A stretch of DNA of 64,000 nt, taken from assembly GCA_951406725.2 (NCBI GenBank), contig OX597823.1, forward strand, positions 30,194,001-30,258,000. The letters run 5' to 3'. The translations under genes were made by a program, and so were the position numbers. The stretch is from Octopus vulgaris. Taxonomy: Eukaryota. Shown here in pieces: positions 25,908 through 40,469 of this stretch (the stretch's first letter is position 1; each line of letters opens with the position of its first letter). The notes under the pieces are model-generated. The model did not search any database. It saw only the letters and a program-made list of their open reading frames with translations, and was not told where the DNA came from.

Positions 25908-26400
25908 GACACACACACAGACACACACACGCGCGCGCGCCATATACACAAGCGACACATACACACACAAACACATACACAAAACACACACACACATGCG
26001 CCACATACACAAACACACAAACGCATACATACATACATACACGCACGCACAAATACACACACAAACACACAAATCCACACACACACGCGCCACATACACA
26101 CTCACACACACGGACATACATACACACACATACACGCACAAACAAACACATACGCGCGCGCACAAACACACACACACGTATATGAACATACACACACATA
26201 CGCACACACAAACACACACACACGATCCACATACACACACAAACACACACACGCACATACACGGACATACACACACACACTCAAACACACACACGCACAC
26301 AAACACACACGCGTGCACGCGCATACGCACATAAACACACATACGCACATACACACATACACACACACACACATACAAAGGCACACACACATCCACATGT
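25908..26400. repeat. Degenerate (CA)n-rich low-complexity tract
   Basis: About 500 bp of interrupted CA/TA/CG dinucleotides. Confidence 0.9.
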
Positions 26401-26754
26401 ATATATAATGAATGATTTAAGATGTATACATTGTGTTTATGTGCGCGCGTGTGAAACTTCAGAGTAAAACGTGACGAGTGTGATTTAAACTAAATTAAGC
26501 AGACATTTAAAAATAAACAAAGGCAGAAACCGGGAGACAGGCAGACCAACCAGCCAGCCGACCTGCCAACCAAACCAGCAAACAAGAAAATCGATCAAAG
26601 CCGGGTTTTTTTTTTCTCTTTCGTGTGTGTGTGTGTGCGTGTATGATTGTTTTCTGATAACAACGTATCAATAACGAAGTTGTTGTTGGTGGTTTTGGTG
26701 TTGGAGTTGGTCGCAAGCAGAGATAGGAGGATATTTTTAACGCCCTTCAAATCT

Positions 26755-26970
26755 GTAGATCGATTAAAATCGTCAGCGCTGTCGGACAAAAATGCTTAGA
26801 AGCATTTCTTCTGCCTGTTTTCCGTTTTGAATTCAAATTCCGCCATGGTCAACCTGACTTTTCATCTTTTCGGCACCAATAAAATAAAGTACCAGCCAAG
26901 TACAGAAATTGATGCACTCGACTCAGCCCCTCCCACTAAAATTACTGGATTTGTGCCAAAATTAAAAGCC

Positions 26971-26972
<2 letters not shown>
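26755..26972 (+). mobile_element. SINE family B, diverged, followed by (ATT)n
   Basis: TTCAAATTCCGCC..GGTCAAC..TTTCATC..AAGTACCAG..TTGTGCCAAAATT. Confidence 0.75.
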
Positions 26973-27819
<847 letters not shown>

Positions 27820-27826
27820 TGAGAGA

Positions 27827-28208
27827 GGCGAGCTAGCAGAAGCGTTAGCACGCGGGGTGAAATGCTTACCGGTAATGCGTCTGCCGTTACGTTCTGAGTT
27901 CAAATTCCGCCGAGGTCGATTTTGCTTTTCATCCTTTCGGGGTCGATTAAATAAGTACCAGTTACGCACTGGGGTCGATATAATCGACTTGATCCGTTTG
28001 TCTGTCCTTGTTTGTCCTCTCTGTGTTTAGCCCCTTGTGTGTAGTAAAGAAATAGGTAATGCGTCTGTCGCTACGTTCTGAGTTCAAATTCCGCCGAGGT
28101 CGACTTTGCCTTTCATCCTTTCGGGCCCAATAAAATTAATACCATTTACGCACTGGGGTTGATGTAAATCGACTTAATCCCCTTCCCCAAAATTTCTAGT
28201 AAAAAGGA
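27827..28208 (+). mobile_element. SINE family B, dimeric form
   Basis: Head + Meta block, linker TTTGTCTGTCCTTGTTTGTCC..AGTAAAGAAATA, then a second B-box + Meta block. Confidence 0.88.
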
Positions 28209-28309
28209 TTCTTCTTCTTCTTCTTCTTCTTCTTCTTCTTCTTCTTCTTCTTCTTCTTCTTCTTCTTCTTCTTCTTCTTCTTCTTCTTTTTCTTCTTCTT
28301 CTTCTTCTT

Positions 28310-28369
<60 letters not shown>

Positions 28370-28806
28370 GTCTTTGCAGAGCTTATAACGCTGAAGATGT
28401 ACTACGGTGTCAGCTGTTCACTACCAATGAACAAAAGTAACAAACCTTACTTTTCAAGTACCATCCGTGCACTCGTGTGGTTCCAAGCAGTGCCGTTTTC
28501 TATAAGAACGCCACCCTTATATTGCAAACCCTATTTGTTCCATGTACTTCTCAAGATTTTTACTCACTGTTCCCAGGGCTTCGACAATTATTGGTACTGC
28601 TACCATCTTTTTCAACGACCACAACTGCTTAACCTCCCAAGCTAACCTGTCATATCTATCGACTTTTCTTTCTTATCGCATACCTTGTTGTCAGCTGGGC
28701 ATGCTATATCTATGATCCAGCATCGTTTGCTTTCTTTCTCAATTAACACTGTCTGGTTTCCTTTTCTCTATCTCATGGTCGCTCTCGGTCGTAACATCCC
28801 ATAGGA
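28370..28806 (-). mobile_element. R4/Dong-clade LINE 3' segment (family 2), decayed
   Basis: Minus strand: LWD..RKPD..CWIIDIACPADNKV..VPIIVEALGTVSKNLEKY; (TTA)n lies to its left. Confidence 0.82.
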
Positions 28807-29468
28807 AATAAAACGGACGGAATAAGATTGAAGCTATCAACACCTAAGTGGTTTCACTACTTAGATATGGAGCAGGGGTAATCGCATGGACAGTAGACGA
28901 ACTGAACAGCTTAGACAGAAAGACAAGGAAGTTGCTGACTAGATATGGGATATTCCACCCAAAAAAGTGACACAGACGGACTGTACGTACCAAGAAAAAG
29001 AGGTGGAGAGGACTGATGAATGCGAACACCGCATTAGAGCAGAAGAAAACAACATAGCATGGTATGTAAAAAATGTCACAGAACCACTATTATTGGAAGG
29101 TCAGGCTTGTGTAGGATGGAAGATAGCGAAGATAAAGCACTGTACAAAGACTTGAGAATGAATGAAAATAGGCGGATAAAGAAAAGATTGCGTGAACAAT
29201 TTCATAGGGATGTTGAATATAAGACAAACAGAGAAAAAAGATGGCCGTGGATCACTAAAAGTAATTTAAATCCGGAAATGGAGGCTCTAATCTGGCGCTG
29301 TCCAAGAGCAAGTACTAAGAAGCAATTACATTAAATACAGAATAAGCACATCAGAAAGTGGAACAAAATGGTGAAACCTTATGGCATGTTACCAGTCATT
29401 GTACGCCACTAGCCCAGAAAGAATATAAGAGAAGCCATGACAATATAGCAAGGATTGTTGAACACTGG
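28807..29468 (+). mobile_element. Inverted 5' segment of the same Dong family-2 insertion (thumb to zinc knuckle)
   Basis: NGRNKIEAINT..LRYGAGVIAWTVDELNSLDRKTRKLL..HPK..LYVPRKRGG..ETLWHVTSHCTPLAQKEYKRSHDNIARIVEHW. Confidence 0.82.
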
Positions 29469-29529
29469 GGTCAATGTAATCGACTCATCCCCGCCTCGCC
29501 CAAGCTGCCCTTGTGGCAAAATTTGAAAC

Positions 29530-29640
<111 letters not shown>

Positions 29641-29670
29641 TATTAACTATTATTATCATTATTATTATTC

Positions 29671-29994
29671 AGGTGGCGAGCTGGCAGAAACGTTAGCACG
29701 CCGGTCGAAATGCTTAGCAGTATTTCGTCTGCCGTTACGTTCCGAGTCCAAATTCCGCCGAGGTCGACTTTGCCTTTCATCCTTTCGGGGTCTATTAAAT
29801 AAGTACCAGTTACGCACTGGGGTCGATATAATCGACTTAATCCGTTTGTCTGTCCTTGTTTATCCCCTCTGTGTTTAGCTCCTTGTGGGTAGTAAAGAAA
29901 CAGGTATTTCGCTTGTTACTACGTTCCGAGTTCAAATTCCGCCGCGGTCGACTTTGCTGTTCATCATTTCGGAGTTGATGGAATAAGTGCCAGT
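29671..29994 (+). mobile_element. SINE family B, dimeric form, 3' truncated
   Basis: Same layout as 27827-28208. Confidence 0.88.
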
Positions 29995-30200
29995 GGTTTG
30001 GTATTGGAGTTGGAGATCTTGATCCAGGTGAAATCTGATATATTGAACAGGACCTCCAGCCTAATAGGAATCCCAGGAGAGCAGTGGACGGTAGAAAACC
30101 TAAATGCAACAAGTGTGGAAACACTAATCACCTCAACGCCCCACCTCAAAACAACAGCAAAAACAGAAAGGTGGCTGCTGAAAGAAGGTTTCTACTACTA
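29995..30200 (+). mobile_element. Possible LINE ORF1 (gag-like zinc knuckle) relic
   Basis: VDGRKPKCNKCGNTNHL resembles a C-X2-C-X4-H knuckle; the rest is decayed. Confidence 0.3.
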
Positions 30201-30501
30201 TCAACACCACAGCAACAAAAGTAGCAACTACGACACAGACAGTAACAACACAGGAAACAGCATGGACCGCAGCAACAGCAATTGTAGCTCAAGTTAAAAG
30301 AATGCAGCACCACCAACTGTGGAATCAATAAACAGCAACAGAAAACTCCAAAACAATAATAAAAAGATCAATAACAAAACAAAAGCACAACATCCCAGAC
30401 CAGCAACTCTCCACCTTGGACAACGCGGACATGTCGTGTGGTGAAGTTGAGGGAGAGACTCCTAAATGGTTGAAAGTGACCAGTTCTAAAAAAAAAAGGG
30501 A

Positions 30502-30678
30502 AAGCCAGTCGATTAGATCGACCCCAGTACGCAACTGGTACTTAATTTATCGACACCCCCACCACCAAAGTATGAAAGCAAAGTCGACCTGGGTGGAATT
30601 TGAACTCAGAACGTAAAGACAGACGAAATACCGCTAAGCATTTCGCCCGGCGTTCTAACGATTCTGCCAGCTCGCCGC
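30502..30678 (-). mobile_element. SINE family B
   Basis: Reverse-complement match to the head and Meta block. Confidence 0.85.
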
Positions 30679-30865
30679 TTTAGACACGACCAGTATTACA
30701 AACACAAGCCCAACCTAATCTAGCGAGAACAAACCTTCACAGACATCTCCAACATTCTGATTAGTACTGATGAGATTTATCGAATGTGCAAATGCGGACA
30801 CAAAGTACATCAGGCCATCCAGATGCATACATATATGTGTCACTTTATCTTATAAACTCTCTCTC

Positions 30866-30907
<42 letters not shown>

Positions 30908-30944
30908 TCTCTCTCTCTTTATCTAGATAGATAGATAGACCATT

Positions 30945-31296
30945 GCTGACTTTTAGGAACATTCTGCGCTCTAGGACTAACATATATTTTGCATTTGCGG
31001 CTCCCTTGGTGGCTAATGAGCCCGGCTCTTGACAAGCATACACGACTGCAGACATTGCAAACCAAGCTTTCCCTATTCATTACGCAACACGCTTAAATTC
31101 TTCATGAACAATACGTACTTTTTCATAGATGTCAACCGCCACCTTAACCTGCTTCCTCCATCTGTGGCGATGACAGGCATTGCTCTCCCAGTCGGTCTTC
31201 TGCATATCACAGGCCTTTAATGAGGACTTGACACAGTCCTTAAATCGCAGCCTTGGTTTCTGCCGGAGTCTCTTTCCACTAACAAGTTCCCCATAT
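30945..31296 (-). mobile_element. RTE-clade LINE 3' fragment
   Basis: [30 protein letters not shown] and terminal CNVCSRVCLSRAGLISH, typical of the RTE/BovB-like C-terminus. Confidence 0.8.
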
Positions 31297-31343
31297 CGGT
31301 AGATGTATATATATGTATATATATAACATAATATATAATATAG

Positions 31344-31379
<36 letters not shown>

Positions 31380-31401
31380 GTATATGTACATACATCTATA
31401 C

Positions 31402-32044
<643 letters not shown>

Positions 32045-32805
32045 ATGTATGTGTATATATATATATACACATATATATATATATATATGCATCTACCTAT
32101 CTATCTATCTATGTATCTATCTATCTATCTATCTATCTATCTCTTTCTCTTTGTTTTTTTAGACCCAGAACTTAACATTAGTGCTATGTAAATGTCCTCC
32201 CCGCACCAATTTATATTTCAGATCATAGACGAAGTAGAAGCATCGTATTCAAACTAACATAATTAATTTATTACTTTCTGATAAAACTTTCAATAAATAA
32301 CTCTAACAAATATTTAACTAGAATACGTTCCGATTCTTCCAAAGAGAACTGAATTCTAAATATTTGTTCTCGTTATTAATGTAGATAGTGGTGTGGGTAA
32401 ACCATATGTCTATATCTACATAAAGCCACGTGTTTCTTCCAAGAGATTTCCTTTCTCAACACTTCACAGCTCCCCGCCTTTCGTGCCCACGGGATCAGAC
32501 CTTTTCTTGTTATACGAGTGTTATTGATGACTTGTTTGTTTAAATAAAAACTATGAAAACAGTGATCATTCGGGCGTGATTCAATATTGTTTGGTGAAAT
32601 GACTCACGAGATTTTGGGGATTAAAGTACTCACACACATACACACGCACATACATACATACATACATACATACATACATACATACGCAAGCACGCACACA
32701 CACACACACACACACACACGTACGCAAGCACGTACACAAACACACACACAAGTATGCATGTTTGTGTATGTGTGTATATATATATATACATACAAACATA
32801 TATAC

Positions 32806-32882
<77 letters not shown>

Positions 32883-33367
32883 TAGGTAGGTAAATAGGTA
32901 GGTAGGTAGGTAGGTAGGTAGGTACACAGGTTTTTTTTATTATTAATAATCGGCAGAAATCACAGTGACTCAGAGGCCGAGAATTAAGTGCGTTGAACAA
33001 CTTGTAACTTCTGCTGATTATTGATTAAAAAAAAAACGTACATATACTCACGTTTTCAGTTCTATTTTCCTGTTTGGATCATGCAGCTTATATATGTTTA
33101 GGCTCAAGGTTGGCAATGTGGTAAGAAGTTTGCTTCCTAACCACATGCAACCGGGTTCAATCCCTGTACGTGACAGTTTCGTATTATACGAATATTACAT
33201 TGTGCACAATGTTTTAGCACACCTTTGATGCAAGTCTGATAAAGTGCCTTTCCAGAGTTTAAAACTGCTAACATTACGTGATTTTTTATTTACAATTATC
33301 ACGTAAACTGGCACCGCAAATGGAGACGGTACGGAAGCATTCGTAACCTATAATTAAAGATGTGTTA

Positions 33368-33785
33368 CTCTCTCTTTTACTCTTTTACTTGTTTCAGTCA
33401 TTTGACTGCGGCCATGCTGGAGCACCGCCTTTTAATCGAGCAACTCGACCCCGGGACTTATTCTTTATAAGCCAAGTACTTATTCTATCGGTCTCTTTTG
33501 CCGAACCGCTAAGTTACGGAGACATAAATACACCAGCATCGGTTCTCAAGCGATGTTGGATGGGACAAACACAGACACACAAACATACACGCACACACAC
33601 ACATATATATATATACATATATACGACGGGCTTCTTTCAGTTTCCGTCTACCAAATCCACTCACAAGGCTTTGGTCGGCCCGAGGCTACAGTAGAAGACA
33701 CTTGCCCAAGGTGCCACGCAGTGGGACTGAACCCGGAACCATGTGGTTAGTAAACAAGCTACTTACCACACAGCCACTCCTGCGT
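33368..33785 (-). mobile_element. SINE family A
   Basis: Full-length match. Confidence 0.9.
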
Positions 33786-34730
33786 CCTGCACCTATTAAA
33801 TAATTTTCTTCGGCTTCTTCTTCTTTTCATTGAATTATCTACTCTTCGCCAAACCCGTTATAATCGTCGTGAAACTTGGATTTTCTACACCCGAAGTATT
33901 CAGGCTTTGGCTTGGATCCCGACAGTGTTTATAGACCAGTATTCGGGTCGAGTGCTTCTCTCGAAATACTCCAACATCACACTCAACCTGACCTTAGCCT
34001 CTTGCTCTATACCAAATATACACTTCATGGTCTTTCTTTCATGGCTTGACTGCCTGCCGCGAAACCTTTCTTATCTCCCTGTCTCATGACTTTTATCTCT
34101 TATGTTCATCTCCTATGTTCCTGCCTCAAGGCTTTCTCTCTACACACGCCAGCTCAACTCTGATTCGCCTCTCATTGTCGAAAGACACCTGTTGTTATTT
34201 TCTTGTTGCTTGTATTTGTAATTGTGTAACATGATCTACGTTTTATTTTACTTCCTTTTCGTTTTTTTTTTTTTTGTCTTTGTTGTACACATTCGCTTGC
34301 TTTCTCCCAAAATATTTCATACTCTTAGCTTAGATTTTTAGGGCCAGCCAGATTTGAACAATCTCAAATGCAACCGGCCAAAACTGTAAGGATAATCTGG
34401 AAACTTGACTATGGAGAGAAGGTCACGAATGACCCGTCCTTGTTTTTTCCTGTCCGTCTTTGTATTGTCTATCTGTTCGGATGTTTTATTACTGTCTGTT
34501 ACCTTCTTCTTCCATTTCTTTGGATTTATACACATATACATACACAGGGCAAATTGAAGTACTTCTTTCTACATTGAAAAAAATGATAAACAACCTTAAT
34601 CAATTTTCAAACTTCATTGGGTTCCCACCAGAGGTGTCTTATCAATTTGACCAATACCAGAGAAAAAAGCAACCAATCAGTTTATAGACTCAATAATTCC
34701 GATAGTTACAGAAAACCGCATACTGTAAGT

Positions 34731-34804
<74 letters not shown>

Positions 34805-35263
34805 AGAACAGAGAATATCCGATTTGCTTTCTTTTATTATTTGTGCAGTCATAGACAACTGGATTGTGAGGCGTGATAATGAGCGAGGAATAGGTAAACC
34901 AGCCAACTGAAAATGCATAAACTCATGTATGCAAATGAGCATTGTCAATCACTGGAAGAGCATACGCTTGGTACCAGCTTGGATTATATATCCCCATTAA
35001 CCAAAAATATTGAAAATTTTGGAAACTTGACTATTTATGTATGTGTGTGTGTGTGTGTGTGTGTGTTTTGAGAGCTAGCTAGCTAGCTAGATAGATAGAT
35101 ACGTACATACATACATACATACATATATACGTAGATAAGTAGATAGGTAGGTAGGTAGGTAGGTAGGTAGGTAGGTAGGTAGGTAGGTAACAAATAGAGA
35201 GAGATAGACAGACACACAGACAGATAGACGGACAGATAGACAGTCAGAAAGACAGACAAACAT

Positions 35264-35322
<59 letters not shown>

Positions 35323-35639
35323 TAGATAGATAGATAGACAGACAGACGGATAGATGGATAGAGAGAGAGAGGGAGGGAGAGATAGATAGATAGAGAGAGA
35401 GAGAAAGAGAGGGAAAGAGAGAGAGAGAAAGAGAGAGAAGTCTTATGAAGTTTCCATCGCAACCATAAAGGACCTGAGTCGATCCCACCGCTTGGTAAGT
35501 TGGTCAACTTCCTTTTAACTTAGCTTCAGATTAAAGCAAACGTGTTAAACTCATATCCGTGTCTGCGTGAGCTCACACACACACACACACACATATGTGT
35601 ATGTATACATGACGTAGCCCGAACTTTTACCGTTTAATA

Positions 35640-35714
<75 letters not shown>

Positions 35715-35744
35715 GAGTTTGTTCCCACTCCATTTACTACTTGT

Positions 35745-35915
35745 AGGTGTAGGTTTGTCGACGCCCCCGTAACTTAGCGGTTCTGCAAACAAGACCGATT
35801 GAATACGGACAAGTTATTGAAATAAGTCCTGTGGTTGGGGTTGGCTTGTTCGACTGAAACTCTTCGAGGCGGTGCCCCAGCATGGCCACGGTCCTGTGAC
35901 TGAAACAAGTAAAGT
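35745..35915 (+). mobile_element. SINE family A 3' fragment
   Basis: CCCCGTAACTTAGCGGTTC..CAGCATGGCCAC..TGACTGAAACAAGTAAA. Confidence 0.75.
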
Positions 35916-36139
35916 TAGAAGGAATCTATCAAAAACCTGTCTCGAATATACATTATTTACATTTGACGGATATTTGTCCTCGCCTTGTTTGTTGTTAACA
36001 CAACATTTCGGCTGATATACCCTCCAGGTTTCTTGGGGAGATTTCAAACCACTACGCCATATGCCCACGAATATATGGCGTAGTGGTTAAGAGCGCGGGC
36101 TACTAACCCCAAGATTCTGAGCTCGATTCCAGGCAGTGA

Positions 36140-36218
<79 letters not shown>

Positions 36219-36219
<1 letters not shown>

Positions 36220-36347
36220 TGCATGTGCTATGGTTGTGATGCATGTGCCTGGTGTACCCTTATCAGACGGGTAGTCATGATTGGTATATTGGGCTTCGTA
36301 TATTTTACCCCAGTGTCACTTTGATGGCATGAACTGCTCTCTCATTC
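36219..36347 (+). mobile_element. Family C 3' fragment nested in the (AAT)n of element D
   Basis: Matches the family C 3' end; (AAT)n on both sides. Confidence 0.88.
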
Positions 36348-36406
<59 letters not shown>

Positions 36407-36420
36407 TAATAATAATAATA

Positions 36421-37163
<743 letters not shown>

Positions 37164-38342
37164 TCGAAAAATACCTTAGGAATGAGAACCCAGGTTCGAA
37201 ATTTTCCCGAGACACCTTGTGAAGGCTCGAAGGTATATCAGCCGAAACGTTGTGTTAACAACAAACAAGATGAGGACAAATATCTGTCAAATGTAAATAA
37301 TGTTAATAATATAGAATTGTACTGTCTCGAATATATTGGTTTTCTGAGAAGAGAGTCGAACTGTAATATGTAACAAAAGGCTCTTCGTATTAAAGTGCAA
37401 GCACAATAGCAACCAAATCTCTATGAGCCCATTTAAATAAAAAGGAATGTTACACTGAATAAACGTATTACTAGTTATAGCAAGTCTGAAAGGAAAAAAA
37501 TAACAATAGACAGGGACATTACGGCTGGAATACTTTCTATTAGAACCGACATCGGTTAAACAATCAAACGTTTTATGTTAATCTATTTTTTAACTTTAAA
37601 CTTTATGATTCCCTAGAAATGACATAAAGTTTTCTATCCTGGAGTATACAAACTTTCACTTTCATTGCATAATTCCCATGCTATTGGACTAACAAGGAAA
37701 TAACGAAATAATTTATACAGGAGTGATGTTAACCTCAATAATTTTGCAGTTACCGCTAATGGCGGTTGTGGTAATGATGGTGGTACAACAGCTTGGCTAT
37801 TGCTGGTAACGCTGGTAGTGATATAAAGTAAAAGAATTATAACAAAGTGATCGATAAAATAGAATTTGTAATTCTATTGTTAAGTGGTTGAAAGCATTTT
37901 TAATGTTTCGAACATTAAAACAAACTTCGAGTAAGATCAAATACGCCAAGGGAAAAATAAATAAATTAAATATTAGTTGGTGACTAATGTATGGTAACAC
38001 CGGAAGTATCACACTTATTTGGGATCATCGCCGGAAACATTCATCTCACCGTACCTGGCACTGACGTTGAATCACTTAGTGATTACAGAGAATTGTAAAT
38101 GTGCTGGTGTAGAGACAACGAGAAAAAAAATTGTCTAAAAATTGAATGATACTCAGGTGATAATATGCAAGGACATAATTTTATTATTTAGAAATATTGT
38201 ATGGCGAAGTTCATTTGTCGAGTGCTCAAGCTCACGATGGTTCATTATACAGGAGCATGTCTATAAAAAAATCTGTGGAAATAACTTTAATAAAAATCAT
38301 CTCTACATTACTAGTGAACCTGGCAAATGTAGGTTCACTACA

Positions 38343-38748
38343 AGCGTAGCTGTGGGAGTAATAAGCTTGCTTACCAACCACATGGTTCCGGGTTCAGTCC
38401 CACTACGTGGCACCTTGGACAAGTGTGTTCTGTTATAGTCACGCCGCCGACCAAAGCCTTGTGAGTGAATTTGGTAGACAGAAACTGAAAGAAGCCCGTC
38501 GTATATCTATGTATATATATATATGTATATGTTTGTGTGTCTGTATTTGTCCTCTCCATTCCACCAACCATCGCTTGACAACGGATGTTGGTGTGTTCAC
38601 GTCTCCGTAACTTAGCGGTTCGGCAAATGAGACCGATGAAATAAACACTAGGCTCACAAAGAATAAGTCATGGGATCGATTTCTTCGGTTAAAGATAGTG
38701 CTCAGGCATGGCCGCAGTCAAATGACTGAAACAAGTAAAAGAATAAGA
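38343..38748 (+). mobile_element. SINE family A
   Basis: B box GGTTCAGTCCC, ACCTTGGACAAGTG CORE-like block, tail GTAAAAGAATAA. Confidence 0.88.
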
Positions 38749-38812
38749 GAATATATTCTATAGAACTTAGAGCAAGCATTGAAAGTAACGACGTTTCATA
38801 TACGAATAACGC

Positions 38813-39219
38813 TTTACTCTTTTACTCTTTTACTTGTTTCAGTCATTTGACTGCGGCCATGCTGGAGCACCGCCTTTGGTCGATCAAATCGACCCCGGGA
38901 CTTATTCTTTGTAAGCCCAGTACTTATTCTATCGGTCTCTTTTGCCGAACCGCTAAGTGACGGGGACGTAAACACACCAGCATCGGTTGTCAAGCAACGC
39001 TAGGGGGACAAACACAGACACACAAACACACACACACATATATATATACATATATACGACAGGCTTCTTTCAGTTTCCGTCTACCAAATCCACTCACAAG
39101 GCATTGGTCGGCCCGGGGCTATAGCAGAAGACACTTGCCCAAGATGCCACGCAGTGGGACTGAACCCGCAACCATGTGGTTGGTTAGCAAGCTACTTACC
39201 ACACAGCCACTCCTGCGCC
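38813..39219 (-). mobile_element. SINE family A (reference-like copy)
   Basis: Minus strand GGCGCAGGAGTGGCTGTGTGG..GGGTTCAGTCCC..TTGGGCAAGTG..(GAGTAAAA)n. Confidence 0.92.
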
Positions 39220-39289
39220 TATGTCTATGTTTATGTAATAAGTTTATGTAAACAAGCGATGGAAGATAGAAAACTAGGTAATCCATGCA

Positions 39290-39990
39290 TATACATATCA
39301 TAGGAGTTGTTGTTCCTTCTTTACCACATCACACCACCTATTAACTATCCACGAACACATTGCTTAAATAACCACGAAATTTTATTAGTGATGTAACACT
39401 ATTGGATAGAGTAATTTTACATGCTACACACCGGAAGTTGGTACGTACGTGTTAAATGCTGGTAGGGACACTGTAATTCGATATGCAATCAGAATATACT
39501 ACAAAGTACATTAAAGGCTTTATAAGTCTATACTCCCCCCCCCACCTGTGTTAGCAGTGCGATTCAATTACATTTTTTAAAACTTTCCTCTGCAGAATGT
39601 GTTTAATATGTAACATTAGTTTATCAAATTGTGCTACACCGCTAAATGTAGTGGTTATTTAAGCAGTGTGTTCATGGATGGTTAATGGGTGAGATGTGGA
39701 GCTGGAGAAAGAGCAAGAACTCCCGAAATATGCATATACACCTATGACCCATTTACTGTCTTCGATCGCATTGTTTACATAGATGTATTTGTACGCAAAA
39801 CGTCGTAACTTTCAGGGCTGGCTCTAAATTCTATTGAAAATCTGTAGAAATAATTTTTAGAAAAAGTAATTAAATCGCATTGCTAACACTGATAGGATTC
39901 AGTATTGACATATATAAGCCCTTAATGTACTTGGTTGTATATTATGGTTGCATAACGAGACACGGCGTCCCTGCCAGCAATTAATATGAA
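39290..39990. repeat. Interleaved inverted repeats A-B-A'-x-B' (unclassified repeat nested antisense in itself)
   Basis: 39302-39430 pairs with 39598-39724; 39449-39597 pairs with 39841-39987. Confidence 0.75.
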
Positions 39991-40469
39991 GTATGTCTGT
40001 TTTAGTTTGTTTCTATTTATTTATTTTGCTGAAGAAAGGAGATGTGACTCCTTAGGTAAGGCTATGGTTTCAGTTGTGGCTGTAGGTGCTAAACAGCGCT
40101 GGTATGGCTATGGGCATAGAGATAGCTATGATGCTAATTTGTCCGTTAAAAAGTTCCGTTCGCATAGAAATGGTTGCAGATTCAAACACACTGTACTGCA
40201 TCATGGACAAAATTTAACGTAATCTCAATCGATCAAAGCCTTGTGAGTGAAAGTTGGCGGACGGAAATTGCGTGGAGGCCTTTCAGAGGGACTGTATCAA
40301 TCCCCGAGTTTAAGAGCTTATCCATCACCTGAGTTAACACCATCACCAAATCCGTTGGTATCTTTAGTGCAGTCCAACCCGTTTCAAGTATTCGGGTCAT
40401 GTTTTGGTTTGTCTTGAGAGTTAAGATGATGTGCGTTGCCTTTCTTCTTCTTCTTAAGATATTTGTAAG

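Noticed and set aside
36071-36143. Functional tRNA gene
   Set aside because: No proper acceptor stem or oligo-T terminator; it is the head of element D. The same applies to 12682 and the family A/B heads.
38050-38103. Minus-strand exon with a strong acceptor and GT donors
   Set aside because: All three frames contain stops; at best a non-coding exon, with no further support.
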